A stretch of 64,000 nt of DNA from Centroscyllium fabricii (lineage: Eukaryota). A model generated the notes under the pieces. That model had not been told where the DNA came from. It worked only from the letters and a program-made list of their open reading frames with translations, and did not search any database. Positions 50,990-62,504 of this stretch are shown here, piece after piece. How positions within the stretch are numbered: position 1 is the first letter of the stretch; each line of letters starts with the position of its first letter. The position numbers and the translations under genes were made by a program. The stretch spans positions 258,912,001 to 258,976,000 of the forward strand of contig JBNRSN020000004.1 in the NCBI GenBank assembly GCA_051313645.2, written 5' to 3'.

Positions 50990-51754
50990 GGCCCAGAAAT
51001 TGCAGTGGAGCCTTTCGTGCGGGTGCAGTGCTGCTAGTTGCACTTACCCAGCGCATCTGCCGGTTTGCTTTTTTGCACTCAGTCATTCCTGTTAGCCCAG
51101 CTTGTCAGAGCTCTGTGCGAGCTTCATGGGCAACTGAACGGTGTAATTAGTGCGAGATGGCTTTTGAGACCACGTGATTGGCAGCGAGCCAATCAGTGGA
51201 AGCAATCCTCCGTTCAAAACTTCCACAGAGAAATCTGTGTAAGTTTTGAAAGGAGAGATTACCCAAAAGACATCTAAACTCAAAAATAAAATTTTAAAAA
51301 CACCACATTTTTTAAACATTACTCCAACTAACATAAATAACCTATTGTAAAGAAAAAATAAAAATTTACAGAATTTTTTTTCATCTTCTAACAGGCCTAA
51401 AAAAATACTTACCTGTCTTTAAAGTTAACAACAATTAAAAAGCTTAAAAAACAACACTTAAAATCAAAAAAATATACACTTACCAGATAAAAACGGGTAC
51501 TTACGACTCCTTTTTTCCAGCGTACAATCTTCTGCTCTTGGTCCGTAGAAAAACTTTAAAAAAAACACGGAATGACTGAACACACCCCGTAGTTCGATGG
51601 TTCCTGAGAGAACCATCGCAGGAACTCTGCCTCCCCTACTGGCCGCCACAGGAAAACCTGAAGCAGCGCAAACGGCTGCTTCCTGCGCGTTTAAGCGCTG
51701 GTGCGCTCGAACCAGAGCTCAAACGCGATATGGGCAGACTGCAATTTCTGGCCC
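50990..51754. mobile_element. Harbinger-type MITE (family X, copy 2, inverted relative to copy 1)
   Basis: TIRs GGCCCAGAAATTGC / GCAATTTCTGGCCC. Reverse-complement homology to 43258-44038. Confidence 0.88.
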
Positions 51755-51791
51755 AACATGATTTTCTAAGTGCCCTCTGACCACTTCCCTA

Positions 51792-51935
51792 ATTCAATTC
51801 AGTTCAATTCAATTCAAGTTTTATTGTCATTGCAGAGTACCAGTACAATACAACGAGACGAAGACTCGACTCTCCCATGAGTAGTGCAAATAAAATAAAT
51901 AAATTACATGCAAAATGCATACAGTAGAGTACATT
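51792..51935 (-). mobile_element. Short LINE 3' end with (TTGAA)n tail, inserted in CR1
   Basis: (TTCAA)n followed by TTTATTGTCATTGCAG. TAAT flanks both sides and the CR1 sequence rejoins across it. Confidence 0.6.
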
Positions 51936-52383
51936 AATAATAGATTCTAACATTTTCCCTGCTGCTGATGTCAGACTAACTAGTCTATAGTTCACTATTT
52001 TCTCTTTCCCTCCTTTCTTGAATAGTGAGCTAACATTTGCAACGATCCAAATCATGGGGACCATTCTAGAATTCAGGGAATTATCTCTGTAGCCACCTCT
52101 TTTAAAACCCTGAGATGTAGGTCATCAGATCCTGTGGATTTGATGGCTTTTAGTCCCATTAATTTCTCCAGGACTATTTCTTTACTATTACTAATTTCTT
52201 TCAGTTCCTCATTCTCACTAGTCCCTTGGTTCTCCACTATTTCCGGAATGTTTTTTGAGTTTTCTTTCATGAAGACAGCCACAAAGGCCGCGATTTTACC
52301 ATCGGCGCCGGGTTGGAGTTGGGTTGGCTGGTCGGTGTCTTCCCTACCCACTCCCAGTTGCCGTCGCTCCGCAGATGAGATTT

Positions 52384-52790
52384 TAGAAACATAGAAACAT
52401 AGAAGATAGGAGCAGGAGTAGGCCATTCAGCCCCTCGAGCCTGCTCTGCCATTCAATGAGATCATGGCTGATCATCCAAACCCAGCTCCCCGTCCCTGCC
52501 TTGTCCCCATATAACTCGATCCCTATCGAGGCTGCACTGACACATATCCCACGCTATCCCCGTAATCCCACATATTTAATCCCCCTAACACTAAGGGTCA
52601 ATTTATCCTGGCCAATCAACCTAAGCCGCACATCTTTGGACTGTGGGAGGAAACCGGAGCACCCGGAGGAAACCCACGCAGACACGGGGAGAATGTTCCA
52701 ACTCCACACAGATAGTACCCGAGGCTGGATTTGAACCCGGGTCTCCAGTGCTGTAAGACAACAGTGCTAACTACTGTGCCACCATGCCTC
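52384..52790 (-). mobile_element. tRNA-derived SINE (HE1-like) nested in Harbinger copy 3
   Basis: Same family as 42763-43169, in reverse orientation. Confidence 0.92.
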
Positions 52791-52949
52791 ATTACGGCCA
52801 ACAGGGTGCGTTTCCATCCAGGCAATTGCTTGCTGAGTGTCAGATGCTCGCATCTGATGACACGTTGTTTCAGTGAAGATTTAAAGTGGCCATGTCCCCT
52901 TTGCAGAAACATTAGCTTTTTTCTGTCTAAAGTGCTGGCTGCTGCAGGA

Positions 52950-54800
52950 ATGGAAGTGCCAGAAACTAAGGCTGCACCCAGGTTCAATGAGGGCTTTCTC
53001 CATGCTCTTGTGGGTGGAGGTAGAGGATGTCAGGTGGTCCTCTTCCCTGGAAATGGAAGGAGGAGGCCTCCTCAACAAACCAAGGCAGCTTGGTTGCAAA
53101 TTGCTGAGGAGGTGAGTTTGAGGTCTGTGTGCAGATGCACATGGGTTCAGTGTCGATAAAGGTTTAATGCTCTGTGAGATCAGCTAAAGTGAGTATAACA
53201 TCACACTTACCTTCAATCTGCCTTCCATCTCATGATCCCCATCAATCTGCATTGGGAACCTTCACTTGCGCATCCCAACTCACTGTAATATCCCTTGCAC
53301 CCTCACCCATCCCTCTCTCTGTAAAGAATCACATCCCCATCTTGATATGCAACACTCACACCCTTATGCAATGCCTGCAACTTAAAATGTACAGGGTGGG
53401 AAGATGGTAAGCACACCTCACTCCTTCACAGTTTGCCTCTAAACATCTATGTCATTCATTCTTAACACTCACTCCATCGGTCTCTCTCAAACTCAACTTG
53501 TGTCCCTCACTACAGGAGAAGAGAGCCCACAATAAAAGGAGAGGGGGATGACAAGAGGAGGACCACTATCCCTGGCTCACCTTAGGATCACTGAGGAGGC
53601 AGCCCTGGAGATCACTGGAGATGCAGAGGAGTTCGTAGTGGGGGAAGGAGAGATGGGCAAGCTAGTGAGAGAATTGATTTCCAACCTTCTGAGTTAGCAA
53701 TCATGAGTGCCTAAAATGGGATATGATGTTCATAGAGAAGGAGTACTGAACATCTGCACAATGGCATGTATGTGTAACCTATATTTCACTTGTCTAACTC
53801 ATGCATTTACTCCCCCACAGGACCTTTGAGAGCCTTGTTCCCCATTGTACAGGAGCACTCCTCAGAGGAGCTACCAACCTCTGAGGAAGCAGCGTCACCA
53901 GCTCTCAGTGCACCCAGCGCCAGCGCGGGGACGTGCACCTCGGTGGGTTTTGTGCGAGATAGAGTAGTGTTGTTACCTGGTGTATCACAGCTCACAGGTG
54001 AGCAGGAGCAGATGTTGTGGACAGGTACAGCAGTGGAGAGTCCTCGTCGGAGGATGCTGGGCTCTCCAAGCTCTGCTCAGCTGTATGTAGACGTTGAGCC
54101 TCTGGGGCCATCCAGTAGGAGAGCCATGCTGGAGCTTCAGGAACAAGTGCAGGAGGCTCTGAGTGGGTTTTTATCAATGGGAACTGCAAGTGTGCAGAGA
54201 ATGGAGGAGTCCAAGCTAAGTATGAGCAATGCCATGGTGAATGCTATGGGCAATATATGTACTGCAATGGGAAGGATGGCAACCTCCATGGAGCACATAA
54301 GTCGACAGACTCAGGAGAACATGGTAACACTTCTAAATAGATGGTCATCCATTGAAGATAGATGTGCATCTATTGAGGAGAGAAACCAGAGGTTCATGGA
54401 CATTCTTGTCATGAGGAATGTCAGTACAGTGACGGGTCCACATGGCCCCACCAATGTGCAGCAGCGTGCTCTCCAGCAACTTGCTAGCAGTGAAGTGCAG
54501 GTGACACATGAGAGGGATGGTGCTGTATGAGCACAAGGGAGCGGGGGCTCCGCTGGAAATGCTCATACTCCCTTGCAACTGCTGAACCCTCAGTCAGAGC
54601 CCCATCTGTTTGAGGTAACAGGAATGGCCAAGACTGTCACTGCACAGCTGCAGGAGGAGCAGATTTTGGTGGGGCCCACAAGGCTCCCGAAACCAGAGGA
54701 CGGCCGCCAAAGGAGTCTAAGAAGGAACAGCAGGGAAGTGAGCAGGGTGCCTCCACATCTGCTGAAACCACATTGGTGTCACAACGTAGAAGCATAAGTA
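52950..54800 (+). pseudogene. Harbinger Myb/SANT-like DNA-binding protein gene, three exons, with stops/frameshifts
   Basis: Exon 1 MEVPETKAAPRFNE...VLFPGNGRRRPPQQTKAAWLQIAEEV...TWVQCR*RFN, donor GTGAGT ~53189. Exon 2 after CTACAG ~53516 (EKRAHNKR). Exon 3 after CCCACAG at 53821 (ORF 53790-54530). Confidence 0.72.
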
Positions 54801-55462
54801 AGACAAAGATGTCACGTTAGTTATCACAAAGGTTCTCACTTAGGTGGTATGATATAATTATTTGAGAAGTTTTTGTTCATAGCGATGTTAGTAATAAATT
54901 TATGTTGAACCAAGGTTTGGCATCGTCGTGGTAACAACTTGAGGTGGCACAGTTCAGGGTAAGTGTCCCTTTATAATCCAGCAATGCTGCCTACAGTGCA
55001 TCTATAATGCCCAACACAGACTTGCAGAATAAAAACAGAATCTGCCCCCCAAATGACTCAATCACCAAGCTTAGAGATTTCTAAATGACTAGATTAAGAC
55101 TGCAGCTCTTACACGGCACTTGCAGCTCTGAAGTCTTCAGCTCGCTGGTGTTCATGCCACACTGCCTGGTGTGTTATCCGGACATCATAAAGCCCAACCC
55201 AGGAGCTAGAAAATCAGAAATGACCCTGAAAATTGCTTCCAAGTACCCTATAATAGGCAGTTAATTGCCTTTAATCCGTTTTCCGCCGCTAGGTGTTCGG
55301 TCCATTCACAAATCGAGGATCCGACACTTGGGAAGGTTGTGTGGAGGTGGAATGACGGTGGGTTCGCAACCTGCCGTCAATCATTTAGATTTTCACTCCT
55401 GACCCGCCTCCAAACCCGCCCTCTGACCACTGGCAAAATCGCGGCCATAGTATTTGTTTAAT

Positions 55463-56295
55463 GGGCCAGAAATTCCGATGCCTAAAGCAGATGCCCACGG
55501 AGATGCCCACGAAAAATGCCCACGGATCCGAGATGCCCACGGATCCGAGATTTCAAATGCTGAGGGAGAAGGGCCCTCAGCATCAAACGCACGAGTGAGT
55601 TGCACCCAGAAATTGGGCTCCAAAAGGGTGCTTTTTTTCCTGTGATTCTGTGGGCAACGGAGCCCTCAGATGCACATGAAACAAACTGCAGTAACTCGTG
55701 GGTGAGGTGAGAGAAACGTTCTTAAACAAGGTAAGTTACTTTTTTACCTTTAATTTTAAGTTTTAACAGTTTTGGGGAGTAATGTGGCCAGATCGGTAGT
55801 GTTAAATTTTTAAGTTAAAGTTTTTTAAAAAAAATTACAAATCGATTTTAAGTTAATTTACCTGTTTCAAATCGCTAATTTTGAAAGTTAAATTTCTGAA
55901 TTTTTTAACTATCTAGCTATAATAAAAAATCTAAGAATAAAAATGGCAGACTTACTTAGCGTTTCTTCCTCTGAGAAGCTGCTGTGCCCGCGCTGCTCCC
56001 CGCCGAGTCTGTGAGTGCAGCTCCGCACGTCCCTGCTCTCACAAAGGTCCGACTCGGGATCTGTGCACATTTTAAAATTTAAATTAGGGATCTGGGGCAT
56101 TTTTTATTTAAATTTGGGATCTGTGGGCGGGGCATACACTGCACACCTAGCGTGGCTGGACTGCCACGTTGCGAACGAAGGGGGCGGAGCCAATCGGAAA
56201 TTCAGAGCATAAAAAAAGTCCGATGTTGGTGGGCTTCTTAAGTGCTCCACATGGTCCTCGTTGCCCTCCAACCGGCAAACCTGAATTTCTGGCCC
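55463..56295. mobile_element. Harbinger-type MITE (family Y)
   Basis: TIRs GGGCCAGAAATTC / GAATTTCTGGCCC with TSD AAT. The interior differs from family X. Short subterminal repeats AGATGCCCACGG. Confidence 0.85.
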
Positions 56296-59200
56296 AATAT
56301 CTCTACCATTTCCTTATTCCCTATTATAATTTATCCTCTCTCTACCTGTAAAGGACCCAGGTTTATTAAGCTTATCTTTTCCCTTTTTAAATACCTATAG
56401 AAGCGTTTACATCTTTCTTCATTGTAGTGTGCATATTCCCATTCCATTATATAACCAACATATTGTTGTCAATTTTAAAACACTAATTTATCATGGTACA
56501 TTATAAAGCACCAAAAACTACCTCTAATGTACCATGTATATAAGCTTGAAGAAAGGGAAAATACTGGAAATCACACAGGCTGAGGCTTGGAGATGTATTA
56601 CATGATACAAACGCGATCTAAGATATCATATGTGCTACGTAAAATAATATTGTAACACAATTTTATATAAAATTGATTTGAAGTGAGTTACAAGCCATAA
56701 CACAATCTTGTGTTAACAATGACTCACGTAAATCAGTTGATTTCACGATTGTGATCGATGACATCATAAGTACCCTTTGGTTGCATTGCAGCCTATAGCA
56801 CATTATAATCTAGATGTGTATGTGATCTACAAACTACATGGAAAATCCTAGTAAACTTTTTTATTTCCCATTCTGGTCATGTGACACAGCCACTACACAT
56901 ACTTTCAGCAGGGTGACACTGCAGATTGGAGCACTAGCATGCTGTATCATGGTAGTGATGGGACGTGAAATCAATTTCTCCCACATGCTACTGACTTCTC
57001 ACTCTCAGTCATGCAACCTATGGGGAGTGCTAAGCAGAGGCCAGGTGCCTTTCCACAGGGAGAGGGAAAAATTAGTGGAAGAGATATCCACAGGCTGCTC
57101 TCACATTACTTCCGGTGATTAGCTCAGAGCCTCATCAGCAGAACCCTGGAAGCAGGTCAATTATCCACCTGGGAAAAAAATATTGGAATTTCATACCCTC
57201 AAAACAAAAAAAAACAACAAACACCTTAATCAGGATGCTGATAATGTATCCCTCTGTTCTGTCACATAGCACACACACAAAGGCTTTTTAAATTAGCATG
57301 CAACTGTGGGCTCAGCAGGCTGAAGTGACAGCAACAAGACATTCAGCTACAACAGACACCAACAAAGGAAAAAGGTCACAGAAATGTTTTTAAAAAATAG
57401 CTGAGTGGCACAGTTCTGGTCTGTAACATACTCAGTCGTCTGAGCTAAGTGATTGTTGCATATTACATCATCAGAGCATTTCATATGAGCTGCAGTCAAA
57501 CACTCTAACTTGCCTTTTATTCTGGAGATAACACATGCATCATATCAAGCACACTGTTTTGGGAGGAGAAATAACATGATAATTTTTCCATTTTGATATC
57601 ATAACAAGCCTTGTCTTAATTTGAATCCTGCGATGTCCTGCGTACATTGTTTTTAGTACAATTCTTGTTACTATCTCCTGTCGGGATAATCAGATTATTA
57701 TACACTTCAGTAAAACCATCAAATTTCATCAACGTAAGCAGGTTGTATATGCACAACATAAACAACAAATAGTTATGAATAGTTTAATAAATTATATGTA
57801 GCCACTCATTGGTTCTGGCATGGAAGCAACTCATGAATTTATCAGCCCCCAAACCAATTCAGGACCACTTCTATGTTTTGCATTACATTGCAACTTTTGA
57901 TTATAATCATCAAAGTCCAACACATATGTATTGAAACATATTTTTTGTATCTACTTATCCATCATGCTGCATAAGAATCAATACTATATGCAACCTGAAT
58001 TGATAGGCAATTACAAATATGTTTTTAAAACAAAAAGCATGCACAAATTAAGGTAACTCTGAGCCTTTTTTGTGAGCATAGCATGGGCAGAATAGAGCTG
58101 AATTGGCTTTAACTTTTTCAGGTCACAAATCTGATTCTAAAGCTCTGTGTGCGAATCACTGAAATGAATTTAAAATCAAGCACAAACAAATCCAGATGAC
58201 TCAAGATGTCTATGTAGCATGCTATGTAGAGAAATAAAGACTTAGTGTATTTAAAACCTTTAGCCACCCCTTCCTTTGCTTGTCTTGCTGTGTTCTGTTA
58301 AACAAGAGGTGTTATGACCCATAATTGGGGCCAGATTCACAGCAGGTTTTGTGCTGCTTTCTGCCAGGGTGTCCACTCTGTCTCCATCTGCTGCTGTCTT
58401 GTGCACTTCCCACTGGGGGAACCGGCTCATTCTGCAGTCAATTAGCAGAAGACCTGCCATTGTTCTGCAACTGCCCCCATGGGCTGCTCTCCAGTCTGTC
58501 TCACACTCTGGACACTGCATTCAGACGATTGGAGATTTTAAAAAGCATATCATGTTTGATGCATCGTGACTTTGTGGACAAACCCTGTCTCCTCTGATTA
58601 CAACTGCAGCAGTAAAATAAAACTTTTTTTTTACGCTGTGCATTAGAAAAGTTTTGTTGGCCATTTCTCATTTTAAATTTCACTCACAGATCCCATTCCA
58701 CACATTTTCTCTTAGTTTCTTCCATAAGTAGTATTTGTTTATATATATTTATAAAAATCCCCACGCTTTCAAATTATTTTCTCCTCTCTTTTAGGTCATC
58801 TGTGTCACACATCATTCCCTGACTGAGAGGGCGATTCAGCAACCTGCTCTTGAACCTCTGCAATGACACCCTTGAGCTTTCTGCTGGGAGGTCCACAAGC
58901 ATGGCCCGATAATGATGCCCTCTGATTATTTCCTCCTCCTCCTGTGGGGAAATGGTTGCCCTCTACTAGGGCGAATCCTTCTTTTGGTCAGCTGAGATCA
59001 GTAAGTTGCTGTGTGGGGAATTAAAGGCACAAAACCTCTGCCCTACCACTCTAGACACAGTAGTGTGTTTGGGACTCTACCTGCGATGCACATCTGGGCT
59101 GTGTGTCCTAGTTCATTTTTATAACATACAAGAAAGTATAGATAACATGTACCTCTATGAACATTAATCACTGCTCACAGGGTCAATAGTTAAAACACAG

Positions 59201-59504
59201 AAAAATAAAAATTGATAATACTCATACATTAAGTTATCAGAAGCAGCAAATGTCACTCCAGGAGTCATGAGGATGAAGGATTCGATCACAATGTACCTGT
59301 GGAATAAAGTAAATAGCTCACATTTGATGGTAAATTAGAAGCACACAGAAGACCATCAGATCAAACTTACTCCCGTGCTGCTTGTGAGCCATGGGTCTTT
59401 CCCACTAGTAACTCACCATTATAACACATCCTGTATATAACATCAGTGATTGTGGCAAAGAATATTTCATTTTTTTAAATAAGTGAAAATGAATCTGAAT
59501 CTGA

Positions 59505-59622
59505 ATATGAGCAGGGCTGTGGGGAAAGGTCAAGGGAGTGGGACTAATTGGATAGCTCTTTCAAAGAACCTGCACAAGCATTATGGGCCAAATGGCCTCC
59601 TTCTGTGCTGTATCTTTCTATG
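59505..59622 (+). mobile_element. CR1 3' tail fragment
   Basis: GGGCTGTGGGGAAAGG...GGGCCAAATGGCCTCCTTCTGTGCTGTATCTTTCTATGA, a typical CR1 terminal hairpin. Confidence 0.7.
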
Positions 59623-59898
59623 AATAATTAATTTGTCTTCCTTTCCTGTGTTGTCTGAATTGTTTTATTTTGATTTTGGGAAATAGTTTATCCATTGCTG
59701 CAAGAGTTAATATTTGCTCAATTTATATAATGTATTAAAATATATTTTTATAAGTTTTATTTTAATGCACCACTTTTAGCATATAAATTTAATGGGCAAA
59801 CTGCAATGTTTAAGTTGATGCTTAAATTTTTATGTTGCTTGATTCATCTTTATTCAATTATGGAAATCACTGCTGTGAACTATTATGCCTGTGTTTAA

Positions 59899-60229
59899 TG
59901 TTGTAATACTGTCATGAGCCTATAATATTGCTGATTGGTCTATGGACCAATCAGATCTCCAGAAAAACAGGCAAGACTGCCAGGTTGGATTTTGTGTCTA
60001 ATTCAAATTATTCACTAAATCACATTTGTGGTAATATTGAACAGACGTCCGGGGGAAGGCTAAGGGGTGAACTCTGTACATGTCACTTCCTGTTTTCTAT
60101 TAGTATAAATACTGGAACTGCTCAGTATGGGGGAACGCTTCACCTGGAAGCATGGTAAAACCCGTCTTTGTACATAGTGATAATGTAGTGGATTAAGTTA
60201 TTGATGTATCAGACTCCATTATTACATCA
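59899..60229 (+). repeat. 5' LTR of Gypsy D
   Basis: Inverted termini. The last 11 nt (TTATTACATCA) are identical to the end of the element C LTR. Confidence 0.75.
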
Positions 60230-60836
60230 ATTTAATCCACTAAAAACTTCACTCTCAAAATCCTTAAAACTTTTGGACAGCTTGAGGATCCAGGGACCAA
60301 CCCATCATGGAAAGCCTCCTCAAACCGACTCACCTGGATCTGGACCCAAATGCACCAGCAGCTGCCAAGGTATGAAAGCATTGGTTCCATACTTTTGAGA
60401 ATTTTCTTGAAGAATGTTGTGAGGATGTCTCTACCAAACTATGATTACTTGTGAATTATGTGTCCGCAAACGTATATGAATATGTTGATAAATGGGATAA
60501 CTAATGAGGTAATCCAAGCACTGAAATAACTATATACAAAGGCCCCAAATGAGGTCTATGCGAGACATTTACTGTCCACGGCCCAACAAAGGCCAGGGCA
60601 ATCGATTCAGGAGTTCCTTCAAGAACTTCGCAGTCTCAGTGTAGATTGTAATTTTAAGGCAGCCTCGGCTGAGGTGTACCACGAAGAAATGATTCGAGAT
60701 GCGTTCATCTGCGGGATCACCTCTCCATTTATAGGCCAGCGTCTGCTAGAGAGAAAAACGCTTAAGCTAGCAAAGGTTTTTGACCTGGCTTGTGCTCTGG
60801 ACATGGCAAAAAATAATTCAGACCTCTATCAGCTGC

Positions 60837-62504
60837 CCAGAACTCTTTTATTTTAAACCAATTAGAAAAACACCATTATTTACAACATTCACAAAAGAAA
60901 CAAAACCCCCCACATTACCGCGCTTGAGCCGTGGCAAACACCCAAGCCCCAATGCCCACAAGGTAGGGGTCAAAGTTTCAAGCCCTCCTGCCTATGAGGC
61001 AGGGGTCAAAGTCTCACGTCCTTATGTCCACAAGGCAGGGGTAAAAGTCACAAGCCCTCATGCCCACAAGGCAGGGGTCACGACCACAAGTCCTCATGGC
61101 CGCAGGCAGGGTCCAAACTCGCCAAGCTTCCTGGTCATCGTCGCCCACCCATCCGGACAGCGGGTCTCCGGGAAAACACACAGACGAGGGTCGGCACTCC
61201 CAGCGAACGGCTGGTGCAGATCCGGCAGTCTCCCGTTGACATTCCACTCCATCCACAGGGCCCTCCACATCGCCGAGCAGATCCTCCCACTCTCCTGGAC
61301 AAACGGACTGAAAGGAAGCTCAAAAACACTTAATTAACGTTATCAAATTAAACCAAGATCACCCCGGCCGGGGTGACGATGCACTCCAGTCCAGAACTCT
61401 TTTATTTAAAACCAATTACAAAACACCATTACTTACAATATTTACAAAAGAAAATAAACCCCCCACATTACCGGGCTTGAGCCGCGGCAAACTCCCAAGC
61501 CCCAATGCCCACAAGGTAGGGATCAAAGTTTCAAGCCCTCCTGCCTACGAGGCAGGGGTCAAAGTCTCAAGTCCTTCTGCCCACAAGGCAGGGGTAAAAG
61601 TCACAAGCCCTCATGCCCACAAGGCAGGGGTCACGACCACAAGTCCTCATGGCCGCAGGCAGGGGTCCAAACTTGCCAAGCTTCCTGGTCTTCGTCGCCC
61701 GCCCATCCGGACAGCGGGTTTCCGGGAAAACACACAGACGAGGGTCGGCGCTCCCAGCGAACGGCTGGTGCAGATCCGGCAGTCTCCGGTTGTCAATCCA
61801 CTCCATCCGCCGGGCCCTCCGCATCGCCGAGCGGATCCTCCCACTCTCCTGGACAAGCGGACTGAAAGGAAACTCAAAAACACTTGATTAACGTTATCAA
61901 ATTAAACCAAGATCACCCCGGCCGGGGTGACGATGCACTCCAGTCCAGAACTCTTTTATTTAAAACCCAATAGAAAAACACCATTATTTACAATATTTAC
62001 AAAACAAAATAAAACCCCACATTACCGCGCTTGAGCCGCGGCAAACTCCCAAGCCCCAATGTCCATAAGGTAGGGGTCAAAGTTTCAAGCCCTCCTGCCT
62101 ATGAGGCAGGGGGTCAAAGTCACAAGTCCATATGCCCGCAAGGCAGGGGTAAAAGTCACAAGCCCTCATGCCCACAAGGCAGGGGTCACGACCACAAGTC
62201 CTCATGGCCGCAGGCAGGGTCCAAATTTTCCAAGCTTTCTGGTCTTCGTCGCCCGCCCATCCGGACAGCGGGTCTCCGGGAAAACACACAGACGAGGGTC
62301 GGCGCTCTCAGCGAACGGCTGGTGCAGATCCGGCAGTCTCCGGTTGTCGATCCACTCCATCCGCCGGGCCCTCCGCATCGCCGAGCGGATCCTCCCACTC
62401 TCCTGGACAAGCGGCCTGCAAAGAAAACTCAGAAACACTTGATTAACGTTATCAAATTAAACCAAGATCACCCCGACCGGGGTGACGATGCACTCCAGTC
62501 CAGA
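60837..62504 (-). repeat. Three tandem ~554-bp units (probable Tx1/L1-clade LINE 3' end) inserted in Gypsy D gag
   Basis: CCAGA at 60837, 61391, 61945 and 62500 separates three similar units. Each has 33-bp subrepeats and an 18-bp palindrome. The minus strand reads (G)LECIVTPAGVILV* followed by a UTR ending in AATAAAAGAGT. Confidence 0.85.

Larger units (their letters stand above)
52286..55446. mobile_element. Harbinger derivative copy 3 (Myb/SANT gene retained, transposase deleted)
   Basis: 16-bp TIRs GGCCGCGATTTTACCA / TGGCAAAATCGCGGCC. The right subterminal region is homologous to 10080-10289. Confidence 0.88.
45174..56410 (-). mobile_element. Long CR1 LINE fragment, split into pieces by later insertions
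   Basis: Collinear CR1 ORF2 pieces: 45174-45637, 50187-50989 (FTIYIND, FMDD, YLDFQKAFDEVTH), 51755-52285 (ANVSSLFKKG, NYRLVSLTS, LHLRVLKE), 55447-55462 and 56296-56410. Confidence 0.82.

Noticed and set aside
60945-62220. 33-bp repeats as a CRISPR array
   Set aside because: The repeats are contiguous with no unique spacers, there are no cas genes, and the context is a vertebrate retroelement.
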